A stretch of DNA of 63,991 bases, filler included, from Dimargaris cristalligena (Eukaryota), in the NCBI GenBank assembly GCA_003614675.1. It is 8 parts of 8 records of this genome, joined end to end, with 100 filler letters (N's around TTAATTAATTAA, not from the genome) between each part and the next. Parts side by side here need not be neighbours in the genome. Positions count along the whole stretch, not along the records: positions 32,373 to 40,331 come from ML003369.1; positions 40,432 to 48,387 come from ML003370.1; positions 48,488 to 56,442 come from ML003371.1; 5 more parts are not named here. The stretch is one strand, 5' to 3'. Shown piece by piece: positions 37,974-51,284 of the stretch. The notes under the pieces were generated by a model. The model worked only from the letters and a program-made list of their open reading frames with translations, was not told where the DNA came from and did not search any database. Numbering within the stretch: position 1 is the first letter of the stretch; every line of letters starts with the position of its first letter. The position numbers and the translations under genes are program-made.

Positions 37974-40064
37974 GTAATAACTGATGATATAAATTTCCAA
38001 AAACTAAGAGGCGGCAGTAGCAATCAGCTTTGATAATAGCCAATAAGTGTGTATTCTTCCGTTCTGTTGTGTGTTATATTAAGAAAATTATTGGCTGAGT
38101 AACCTGCTACAATATCATGGTTTGTCCCAAGGTTATAAGGAAATTAATGGTTCAAGCAAGGGCACATATGGTTTTTATTGTACTAACAGTTCTTTTAAAT
38201 TATCTCACTATGGTATCACTAAATGACAAAAAAACCCAAATCAATGCTTGTATACAATATTCCGAGCAAAAATAGGAAATAAAACTGGTATTATTAATAG
38301 GACATTTGTAAGGAGGTCCAGCCATAAAAGAGGTAGCCGTTTTAGTGAGCAGGCAATATAGGATGAAGATGTCAACTGCGGGATTGGTCTATTGATGTGT
38401 TTGGATAAAGAGGTGAGGGGAAGGAAATGAGGCTATCTGGAAGGACTGCTCAGCTAACTAGAAAACAACAGCAACTTCAATGTCTATTGATTTCCGGTTT
38501 TCTTCAGTGAATCATATAATACCACTCCTACTTCGCCATTGTCTCGCTACTACCCCAAAACATAGGTGACCATCCCTCCCCTGTCTTTATCAGCCGTACA
38601 TAATCCCTTGCCTTGCCTTATTGTATGGAATCCGAGCAGGTATTTTACATAGGAGAAGTAATTCCTCGATCTCCTAGTTGTAGCAATTGGGATATTATTC
38701 CAAATTCAATGACAGATGTATGCCTCGTGTTGGAGGAATTATTTAGTAACGCAACCCTCTGTGGGATATATATACCTAAAGGATATTTTATCTATACATC
38801 AGACGGTTTCTTCCGCTTTACTTATTGTGGGACTATTGTCCGTGGAAGGAAGAACCCCGCCCCGTGCACTCGACAACCCGGGTGATATATTCAGGGCATT
38901 TCTACCATGAAATTACGGCTTGGAACAAGTACTAAGCATGATCCCGGTGCTTACCCTTCTCCTTCAAACATAGTCACTGGACGCTGTAAGCAAGTAGACT
39001 TTTCTTCTATGTTCCTACTGTATAGGGTCGCTCGTTTAGAGGCACCCTACTAGTATAGCACGGGTCTCTATCATTCTTTTATTTAGCATACCACTTGGTC
39101 GAGTGTGCGAGTTCGTTGATACCCTGCCACACTTCGAGGCCACAATTTATTCCCGATAGATATTTGTCCAGCTGAATGATTGAAGGTGGTGTCACTAATT
39201 CCAGTTTTTACAGCCCCCATGTCAGTCAAAGCCGCTTTTTTCAGGCGGAGTGTCTGTGAAGCAATTGTTTAGGGGACATTAGTATCTTTCACGAACCTCT
39301 GTCCCGATATAAATTAATAAATGGATAAAAATTGGGAATACTGATTCAGGGATATAGCTCGACTATGAATTTTAGAGTAGACTGGCGTGATTGTAAAGGG
39401 AATAGAGTAAATTCAATATACAGTATTGGCGGTGGTGGCAGTAGTAATAACATGGTGATGAGCTAATACCAATAAACATTTGAGGACTTGTTTTACCCAA
39501 TATTTGTAATTCAATAACGGCGAAACGCAAGAGTGGCATATGTTGCCAAGAATCACACAAAATAGTTGGCCAGTGGTCGCTATGGGCAGTGTGACCATCC
39601 ATAAATGAGTTAAATCCACATTCGGAATGTGATAAAGGGTATGCTGCAAGATGGTATTTTATTAGTATGCACCGTTCAATACACGCAGGTGTTTGGCGAC
39701 AACTAGACTTTCCTAAGTTGGCTAAGAATAACCGGAACTTAAAAACCACCCTTATTGCCAGATATCCACCAGGGCACTTCGTACAATAACTAAATACTTG
39801 CGTGGGATCCATCTGTTCCTCACTTAAAGCATTGGCTAACAAACAGATATACTCTTTAGAATCACAGAAATTTATTCTTACGTATGTAATCGAAAATAGT
39901 CATGAATGGTCAAGCAAGGCTACATGCAACAAACCGTAGGATAAATAATCAAGATAATTCCGCAAAATGTACTAGAAAGCAAACTCGTTAGTGGTTTAGT
40001 AGGCAGAATAACGTAGCCATATACTAGTTTGCCCAAGCCTAGACTACCGCCGTACTCCAAATGG

Positions 40065-40331
40065 CTAGTGCTGGGGCTTGAAGTCCTTCTCGTAGTGCTG
40101 GAAGAACTGCTTGACCGTGGTGGGATTGTGGCCCAGCATCTTCTCGAGGTCCTTGGTCACTTCGTCCATGTGGCCCTTGTTGATGTGCTCGAAAATCTCC
40201 ACCGCACAGGCAATCTCCTCCTCACGCAAGTAGCCGTGTTCCTTGAGGCAGTGCTTGAGCTCGTCCATGGAAATGCGCTTGAACTCGAACTTGGTGTCCA
40301 GGGCACTGCTAGCCTCCTCAGCGATACACTT
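40065..40331 (-). CDS. NmrA-like / atypical SDR NAD(P)-binding protein, C-terminal fragment
   Basis: Open frame KCIAEEASSALDTKFEFKRISMDEL...VTKDLEKMLGHNPTTVKQFF...DFKP resembles NmrA-family C-termini; strong codon bias. Confidence 0.65.
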   Translation of the reverse strand, partial: KCIAEEASSALDTKFEFKRISMDELKHCLKEHGYLREEEIACAVEIFEHINKGHMDEVTKDLEKMLGHNPTTVKQFFQHYEKDFKPQH

Positions 40332-40431
40332 NNNNNNNNNNNNNNNNNNNNNNNNNNNNNNNNNNNNNNNNNNNNTTAATTAATTAANNNNNNNNNNNNN
40401 NNNNNNNNNNNNNNNNNNNNNNNNNNNNNNN
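40332..40431. other. Artificial contig spacer
   Basis: 100-nt N block with TTAATTAATTAA. Confidence 0.99.
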
Positions 40432-40566
40432 GGTGAAATTCGGCCCAGCTATATAAGGGTTTACATTATACGTGTATGGGAAAATAGATGGGAAATGTAT
40501 GTTTAACTAGTAATATTGGCCGAATCTAATGGATTTTTCGTTATACAACTTGGATGAACTTCTCCC
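40432..40566 (-). mobile_element. 136-bp MITE family, copy D (starts at contig edge)
   Basis: Reverse-complement match to copy B; ends TGAACTTCTCCC followed by AAAT. Confidence 0.85.
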
Positions 40567-40758
40567 AAATGGATGTATGAGAGCAAATAATATTAAACCG
40601 GGTTAAATTTCGGTTTGGGGAATGAGGTCTGTGCTAACTGCGGTCGAGGATCCTACTTGGCCCATTCGATTGAACAGATGCCAATATCAATTCTGAATTA
40701 ATTAGAAAGTACTAGGAGGTTTGGTGCATTCTGGTTAAGGAGGGCGGGATATATATAT

Positions 40759-40894
40759 GGGAGAAATTCAAACTAGCTGTATAAGGTTTTACACAATACG
40801 TGTATGGGCGAATATATGTGAGAATAACTTTTAACCAGTAATATTGGCCTTATCCAATGGATTTTTCATTATACAGCCTGAATGAACTTCTCCC
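40759..40894 (-). mobile_element. 136-bp MITE family, copy E
   Basis: GGGAGAAATTCA..GCTGTATAA / TTATACAGC..TGAACTTCTCCC; TSD ATAT. Confidence 0.88.
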
Positions 40895-41008
40895 ATATCC
40901 ACATGTACAACATATAAATTCAATGGCCAATAACTAGCAATGCAATATAATTATCGAAGTAATCTTGGGTAGTAGCTGACTAAGAAGGTCGATGGGGAGT
41001 GAGCACAT

Positions 41009-41148
41009 GGGTTAAATTCGGCCCAGCTATATAGGGTTTGGAATAATATGTGCATCGTAAAGTAGATGGCTAATTTGTTTTTAACCAGTAAGTAGTATTT
41101 GTTTCATCCAACGGATTATTCGTTATATAGACTAGTTGAATCTTTCCC
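41009..41148 (-). mobile_element. MITE family, copy F (140 bp)
   Basis: GGG...CCC termini, same internal sequence, perfect TSD ACAT. Confidence 0.85.
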
Positions 41149-41913
41149 ACATGTATAATATATGAATTCGGCATCCAATAGTTAGCAATACAGTATAGTT
41201 ACCGAAGTTGTACTGGGTAGCAGCTGACCAAGAAGGCCAGGCAAAGTTGTTGCAATAAATTTGGTAGCCAAAAACGGAGATGTATGAGATACAACGCCGA
41301 CGAGTAGTAGTTGGCATCTGAGGGAGAGAAGCTCTAGATTCGGGAGTGATTTTACTCTTGCATTAGATGGATCATTGCGTAAACTTAGACTGTATATAGG
41401 ACAGGCTTCTCCACTAGGCCCGCGACCCAGTATTTACAACTATTAAGCGACCAATGGTAACTCCCGTAAAGTATATGGGTCTATAGACCCAAGTATCTAA
41501 TGAATGCAGTAGCAACTGGTTTATTTTGGCATCATGGGATGGTAGGTGGATATGATATCCGCATGGTATGAAATGGGTTTTTTAGGGGTGGTAATAGCGA
41601 CTTGCGATTAGGCTAGACAGTACCGTAATTCGGTTACATTGTAATAAATGGCATATTGAGGGACGGAGGTTGTTTACGGAAGCAGTAGTGTGGTCCGAAT
41701 AGTGGCCGAAGAACTAATTAATGGAGAGTGTGTGGAGTAGTAACTTAACGAAGTAAACCACTCAATATTAGGAAATCCCCTTTTAGCTATCGTGGCAGGG
41801 GGAGTGGGAATGGGAATGGGAGGGGGTAGAAGGCGATAAATGAGATGTAAAGGTCGGAAAGAGGACAGATACACGACCCAACACCCTATATACACACGTC
41901 TGTTTCGAACCTA

Positions 41914-44316
<2,403 letters not shown>

Positions 44317-45225
44317 TTAAGTCAATAAATAAAAAAATGGGAACAACGCGGCCCGTTCGAATAAACACAATGCAATTAAAAAGGAAGAGGAATGAACGCA
44401 CGTCGTCTTGAGTCTCCTTGAATCGCTGAACCAATGTAAAATAACCCTTGCCCGATGGCCAAAGCACCGCACACTCGAAATACCTTCAACCTCCTTCTCC
44501 AAAAAAAATATAGCAAAAAAATAATCAACGAAACTACTAGCTCCATCAGCTCCACTGAGGCTACACCGATAATAATGCCAATGTATGGAGGGAGAACCCC
44601 CTTATATAATTCTCCCGTGATGGGAAACATTCCTTGTCTAATCTACTTCTTGGATCTCTGCGAAGCCCAAAATAAATTCAACAGTTTTGGAATTTGCATA
44701 ATAGGCAAAATAGTTCCGCTCATTAGGGTTAGTTCCAGAAAATCGTTCAGCGGTGTGTCGACCGGGCCCTATAATAATTTTATATTGGGAAGGGCAAATA
44801 AGCAATCCCTGCACTATACTCTATTGCCGGGGTATCATTCCCTTGTAGGCTAACCGCCACCGTTTAAACCTTTGGCACCTGGCTTCTTTCCATTGATTCT
44901 TAGCCAATGTCCGGCGCCGTATTGGGTGGACTATCCGCCAGCCGAAACCTGCGATTCAATCCGCCAGGGGCTATACGGTGCCCGTTTTTACTAGCGAATT
45001 ATCTGACCCAGGTATTCGCTAATGGCGCCAAGAGAGCCGGCTGGTATCGTGTTCAAGGATATGTACCTCCCCAAGCCATGGAGTTTGCCGCAATTAGCAC
45101 GACTCGCTAGCCAGGTGCACCTCAGTATATTAATTTGACGATCGGCCTATCTTGATATAATAGGCCAACTTTGGGATGTTAGGCTTTTCCTCGGAATATC
45201 CACCCCACGAGAGTGTTGGTTGTGT

Positions 45226-45489
45226 GTGACCCTCCAAAGGCATAGTATATCCTGTCGGTGAGCAGGCCTATCCGTAGCCTACTCCACCATATAAAGATAT
45301 GGGTTAAATGGGGGAATGGGTATGGTGCGCCAGAAATATCGGCGGAGGGATGTGCGTGACCCTCCAAAGGCATAGTATATCCTGTCGGTGAGCAGGCCTA
45401 TCCGTAGCCTACTCCACCATATAAAGATATGGGTTAAATGGGGGAATGGGTATGGTGCGCCAGAAATATCGGCGGAGGGATGTGCGTGA
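45226..45489 (+). repeat. Perfect tandem duplication, 130-bp unit x2
   Basis: 45231-45350 is identical to 45361-45480; TGTGYGTGA occurs at 45221, 45351 and 45481. Confidence 0.95.
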
Positions 45490-46410
45490 TCTATTGGGAA
45501 GGTCGATGTGATACATTCCCTGCGGGGCTACGTTTGTCCAACAAGATCAAACAATGTCGCATGCTCTGGTAACGCAGGCCGTACACTACGCCAGTTTGAT
45601 GCATTTCCCTTTGCGGAAATTTAGGACATCGGTCCCTGGTCCAAGACTCACCTGAGGCGAATATCCACATGTATATACCATTCGACCCAATTAACTTCCC
45701 AGAAAGCGGTAGATAATTAATAATATTACGTGTTGTAGAGGCTTAGATATTTTCCTTAAAGTCTGACTGCATGCCTCAATCTTGGTTTGCCACAATAATA
45801 CGGATGAGAACTGGTGCACTTATAATGTAGAGTATCTAATAGGAATTTTGTGTGGTGTATTGCCACCTCCAATCACCGCTGTGGGTCCCAACCTGGGCCA
45901 TATGTGACAAATCATTCCTAACAACATACTTTATATTGCCTCGTAGCGGTCGTCAAGGTTACCATTTTGTGGCTTGGAAGCTGTCGCTATGGTCAGTATC
46001 ACTGTACAACCATCGAGTTGTGAGGTTCACAAGGTTGTTGAACCTCATGTGGCTGTCGAGCCGCATGATAGGAGTCCCTTGGCCAAACCATGTGCTCTTC
46101 AAATTATAAAAATAATCGTACCCCTGTTATGATTTTCGCCTCTAGACTTGTGGTTACCCTTCAATAGAGGTGGTGAGCAAATGGAAAACTAGATTTGCAA
46201 GAGACCCGCATCAAGGAGCACACTCGTGCACCCCAGCGTATAAAAGCATCTTGACCCCCTCCTATTTCAACAACATTCCCCTATCTCTCTTAGTTCGAAC
46301 GTACATGATCCAATTGATTACCTGTTAGCCGGCCTAGTCTTATCGGATCCCCTCGTTTACCATACGCCAAGCCTTCACCGCCCAATTCATTATATCTCGA
46401 TTCTGCTATT

Positions 46411-46641
46411 ATGAAAGTTCTAGTATTCGCTTCTCTGGCTATTACCCTTGCTGTACTGCAGGTATCCGCGGCCCCACTTACTTCAAACCAGGAAGGTTCG
46501 GCTAAGCAAATCAGTACCAGTACCTCCGTTTCCGAAGAAACTAGGCAAATCCTGTACCGCCGCGATGGCGATGATGACGACGAGGGTGATTGCTGCAACC
46601 CGCTAACAGCGTGCCTCGGATGTCTTTGTATAGGCCGCTAG
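46411..46641 (+). CDS. Small secreted Cys-rich prepropeptide (76 aa)
   Basis: Signal peptide MKVLVFASLAITLAVLQVSA|AP, S/T-rich pro-region, LYRR dibasic site, then DGDDDDEGDCCNPLTACLGCLCIGR; TATAAAA at 46239-46245. Confidence 0.8.
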   Translation: MKVLVFASLAITLAVLQVSAAPLTSNQEGSAKQISTSTSVSEETRQILYRRDGDDDDEGDCCNPLTACLGCLCIGR

Positions 46642-47177
46642 TAGCAATGGCCTTGAACATAATTGTTAACCAGAATAACACATGACTTTTGATTTCGTTG
46701 GTGGGCTATTAGGGCCAAGTATTTATCCATCTCTAGATACTGGCACCTACCTGAGTTGAACTAATATACCATTGGTAATTTAAGATTATATAACTTCTTA
46801 AATGAAAACAAGTAAGGTCGAGTCTGGTATAAATTAGTGGTTTACTTAAATCTGTAGTCACAATTTTGGTCATCCTCATTGATTTGTTGTATAGAGTATA
46901 GCAACCAGAGAAGTGGAGTTGTGAGTTTGTAATTAATGCATGGAACAGATTGGACTTCGGGTATACATCCGCGCCAGATGTATTGAATTTAAGCATGCGG
47001 ATCCCTTCATGGCCTTGAAACTATACCGACTGTGGCCGAGTGTAGTGGACTATAGTCTTTTAATGGAGCCTGGACCTGTTCTACATGCTATTCGTTTTCG
47101 TTTATAAGGATGGATTTCACTCGGCTATATACTAATGTTAGTTGGCAAACAGCGGGTAAGATATCAATCATGCACAA

Positions 47178-47546
47178 TTAATTAGGTAGAACCCGTTGGC
47201 AGGTCCCAAAGCAGTACATAGAGCTGTCACATTGGCTGGGCCCAAGGCTACCATCAGCCTGGATACCCAAAAGTGGCACCCCAGTGGGGGTCGGATCATA
47301 CACATTATATTTACTTGCACACGCTGTCAGTGTCCCCCAATTGGTACCACCACTTATATATTCGGTAACTGATGTTTTCACGCAGTCTACTGGTACATTT
47401 TTCGGTAGGGAATAAAGTGCTGTACTACAATATAGCACTCCCTCTTCAGTCCCTGAGGATAGGGAAATGCCACCATATGTCACCTTCGGACTCACGCCTT
47501 TTTCATTTATTAAACTGTGCCCCGCCTCCCCTAATTCAGCTGATAT
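47178..47546 (-). CDS. Possible terminal exon of a Cys-rich (6 Cys) extracellular-type protein; upstream exons not found
   Basis: Open 123-codon frame preceded by a CTAA...TGTAG acceptor-like sequence; S/T/G/C-rich composition. Confidence 0.4.
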   Translation of the reverse strand: MSAELGEAGHSLINEKGVSPKVTYGGISLSSGTEEGVLYCSTALYSLPKNVPVDCVKTSVTEYISGGTNWGTLTACASKYNVYDPTPTGVPLLGIQADGSLGPSQCDSSMYCFGTCQRVLPN

Positions 47547-47957
47547 CTACAATTTTAGTTCACAAAAACCCCGATTTTTATATGAATGGATGACCTATTA
47601 ATAATATTAAATGTATAATTCGTTTTTAAAAACTTATTATGTTAATAGAGGGGAAAGAAAAATTTTCATGCAAAAATTTGTTTCTATATCTTTCTCCTTC
47701 TTTTATTCCTTCCTACCAGCCGACCCTATTAGTTTATTCTATTTTTACATTCAAAATTTGTCTCTGCCATGTTCTTTACACTTGAGTATGCTGACTTTTT
47801 AGTTATTATAGACTGTGGACTTGTCCATTGTGCAAAATAAGTATCACCAATAAATAACAAAACATAGACAGCATCTATTAATGATAATAAGTATTATTGC
47901 AAAAAAGGAGTAACAAATCTACTGTGGCTTTATTTAAATATATAATGTCACTATGCA

Positions 47958-48387
47958 TATTGGACTATCTAATCCACTATAATCCAGCTAGCTTAGACAT
48001 CTGACTATATTAGGCCTTATAGTACCATATTTGGATTCCTCTGGTCACACTTAGTACTATAGGATTATCCCTTATTATATAACCCTTCCCCTTCTGAACT
48101 CCACTTATCCATACTAATTACTCAAGTGCCAATCCATTAGACTCTTCCAGATACCTATAGCTATCCAGTCAGCTTATTTACCTATCCCCTAATCTTAGTA
48201 GTATCCTTCCATTGGGACCTCCCTCTGGAGTCATCCCTATATATATATAACTGGGCCTCATTAGGACCAGTTCAATTCCTTGTGTGGTGAATTTACCACA
48301 TTTTTTCCATTAGTATATTTTTATACCCTTGACTGTGATGCACCCCTGCCCCTGACCAGATGATACCCCTGCATTCACACTGCCCCT
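47958..48387 (+). mobile_element. Copy of the LTR-like/long-TIR repeat family, truncated at contig end
   Basis: Shares TAGGCCTTATAGTACCATAT, AGTACTATAGGATTATCC and TATATATAAC..GGACCAGTT with 51285-51863; no CpG seen. Confidence 0.75.
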
Positions 48388-48487
48388 NNNNNNNNNNNNN
48401 NNNNNNNNNNNNNNNNNNNNNNNNNNNNNNNTTAATTAATTAANNNNNNNNNNNNNNNNNNNNNNNNNNNNNNNNNNNNNNNNNNNN
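48388..48487. other. Artificial contig spacer
   Basis: 100-nt N block with TTAATTAATTAA. Confidence 0.99.
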
Positions 48488-49349
48488 GTTGATAATTGTC
48501 CCGCTACCATTTCCCTTCTATAAAGTTCATACTTGTGATTAGAATAAGACTGGTATTTTTCAAACCCACAGAATGCCAGAAAATGAAAAATGGAAGTTGC
48601 ACTTCAAACTGACATACTACTAGTATATTTATAAAATAAAGACTATCCTAAGCAATATAAAAGATTAACCATTCTTAGTGGGTGTTATGGCAGGCTAATG
48701 TATGTTATATTGATTGAGACAGTAAGAAATCAATGTTTACTTGTATAGTCCAAGTGATTAGAAGTTACCCTATTTGAATAGGTACATAGTTCTACTTATG
48801 AATAATATGTGGAGGTGATGGCATTCGATTGTTAGCATTTTGGGGATATAAATGGGCAGATAACTGTCTGACTATGTTGTAGGGAAATATCTCTGGAACT
48901 TCACTAACTGAAACTATTATTAGTGGTGTTGTCACTTTCTGTCATTACTATTATTTCGTCTTTTCCTGAAATGGCAATGCATTTATAGATAGACAATAGT
49001 AAAGGTACAGATTATCTCAAGAACTGAGACACGATTTTAGTACAAAGATTTATTATAATGAAATAGTCTGCAGGCATATATAGGGGGTATTGCAAGAATA
49101 TGTATTTCCACAATGGATACTGTGTGGATAATATAACAAACCAGGAACTCTACATTAATGGTGGAAGAGTTGACAGAAAAAAGGGGAAATAAAGTAGTAT
49201 GCTAGGATATGGGCCCGAGTAGAAGAATCTTAATTGGCAAGTGGGCACCCTAGGGTAGTCACAGCCACGATGAGTTATACCCAATGCAAAGGCGATGCGT
49301 ACGGGTGGGCTCTGATATGACTTAGTCACATTGTATCGATGAAGTCGCA

Positions 49350-51280
49350 GGCAGTAGTATGGGGGGTGGGATGAAGGGAATCCCAGTGACGTGGTCGGAC
49401 TATTCATTTACGCGGCCCAAAAATGTTCTTGATCTAGACATCGGTATAAGAATAAGAGAATGTGAGAACATGGTTACAGACAGTTAGAAATTGTAATACA
49501 TATTATATGATAAGTCCAAACAGCATAATCAAAATTTAGATTGGAAGCAATTCATTATAAACGCTACATAATGGAACACAGGCTTATTACTTGCATTGAA
49601 GCAAGGAGCCACTGATGCATTACTGCACCCATTGTCTAGACTGATAGTGGAATAGGGGAAATCAGCTTTTTATTTATTACTTCCAAAAATTATATCTCAA
49701 TGAAGGAATATAAATGCCAAAGCTAGCCCGTCTAAACTTTACACCAAATATATGAATATATATAATAGACGAAAATAGTACTTACCTTATCAAAAGCCCA
49801 CTTTATGGGCTTTATAATTGGGTATCTGGGGTCGACGGTAGGATAATCCCTACCAGGCCGATTATTCTTGGTAATTAGTTTTGGTAAAAATGCCATGATG
49901 TTGGAAAATGCGGTAATATAATACTTTTTTTGTAGACACTAAGAGGGGGGAACACCACAAGTTATATACCTAGTGGAAACACACCACCCGTTCCAGGGAA
50001 ATGAGTGCTTTAGCCTAACAGTATAACGAAAACCAACGAAATAGTCCCACTGCGGAAACTACAGCAGACAATTCATATGGGAAGATCTAACCATGGCCAT
50101 CGCCACTAACCTGGCCCCTATGGAAGGCAGATATTATGCTCCTAAATGGTCATTATTGTCCATAGCTCTGCTTCTGACACTGAATCCTCCTTTCCAACAA
50201 AGAGAATATAGCAGCAAGATTATTAAATGTGGTTTATTTCGCACACAAAGTAACAATGGTACTATCTATTCATGATTAGGCCTGACAATGGCCTCACCCT
50301 TCTAACTAGGCCCAAATATGAAGGCCACAGGACTAGTATGATTACTGGCGCTGATGTCCGGGGCCTGTTGATTCCAAAGAGACGAGTATTTCATAAATGA
50401 GGGCACCCTCACCCCGTTTGTAGATACATCCCGTTATCCTGATAGGCACCACACCCGTGCCCAGAGCGGTCAAGAGTACCTCTGACATTATCCTGATAAC
50501 TTAGATTAGTATAAAACAAAGTGCACCATAATACCTCCCCTCCCCCTTTCCAAATTATGATTCTTTCATTTATGGATAGTCCTTTGTTGGCTGCATTCCC
50601 CTTTTTCCCCCTCCCTTTATTCATGATAAAATGGCCGTGTATAAAGCTATTAGTGTTGTTCCTTCGAGGCCTAGTCCCAAAAAGCCCCATTCAGCAGGAT
50701 TTAATGCCATTGCCAGAGTTTGGACTGTTTCGGAATGCCAAAAGCCACCTTCTGCCATTATGGATTCACACTGATATGTAATATGAATACTACTGCATGT
50801 TGACCATCCATTTATAGGCGGACATTTCGTATTGGGGGAAATCCACCTGACCTGATAGCTCTTGGCCGTGTGCTTTCAATATCCCCAAAAGTAAGTATTA
50901 GATTACCTTGGCACGGGACATTATGTAACTATGTTTTAAACATAATAGCTGGTATATCTATAGAGCCAGGCCACAGACTACTATCTCAGGAACCACGTCA
51001 CTCAAGCCCGTACCATAGTTGAATTCTTAATTGATTATTTGAGTATATAGCCAGTCCACCAGTGAAGTCAATTTAACCATGACACAAATCTATTTCTATT
51101 TGGAGATATTATAAAATTCACTAGGACTGGTTTATGGGGTCACTAATATTATTACTATTCCCTGTTTAGGTTATTATTAGCCTAGGACTATCAATTACAT
51201 TATTAAGCCAATTATCACTAATTTGTATTATTACTTTGGTTATTGCTTCAAGGCCTGCCAGGCTTACAGTAGCCTGTAGA
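49350..51280 (+). repeat. ~1.9-kb degenerate direct repeat, copy 1
   Basis: Colinear with 53485-55780; for example CATGATTAGGCCTGACAATGGCCTCACCCTTCTA and CAGCAGGATTTAATGCCATTGCC occur in both. Confidence 0.9.
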
Positions 51281-51284
51281 CTAC

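Noticed and set aside
39372..39842. 156-aa minus-strand ORF
   Set aside because: Non-ATG start, no motif or codon bias; consistent with a chance ORF
40432..41148. Repeat-spacer-repeat pattern resembling a CRISPR array
   Set aside because: Units are ~136 bp, diverged, with TIRs and TSDs; the context is eukaryotic and no cas genes are present
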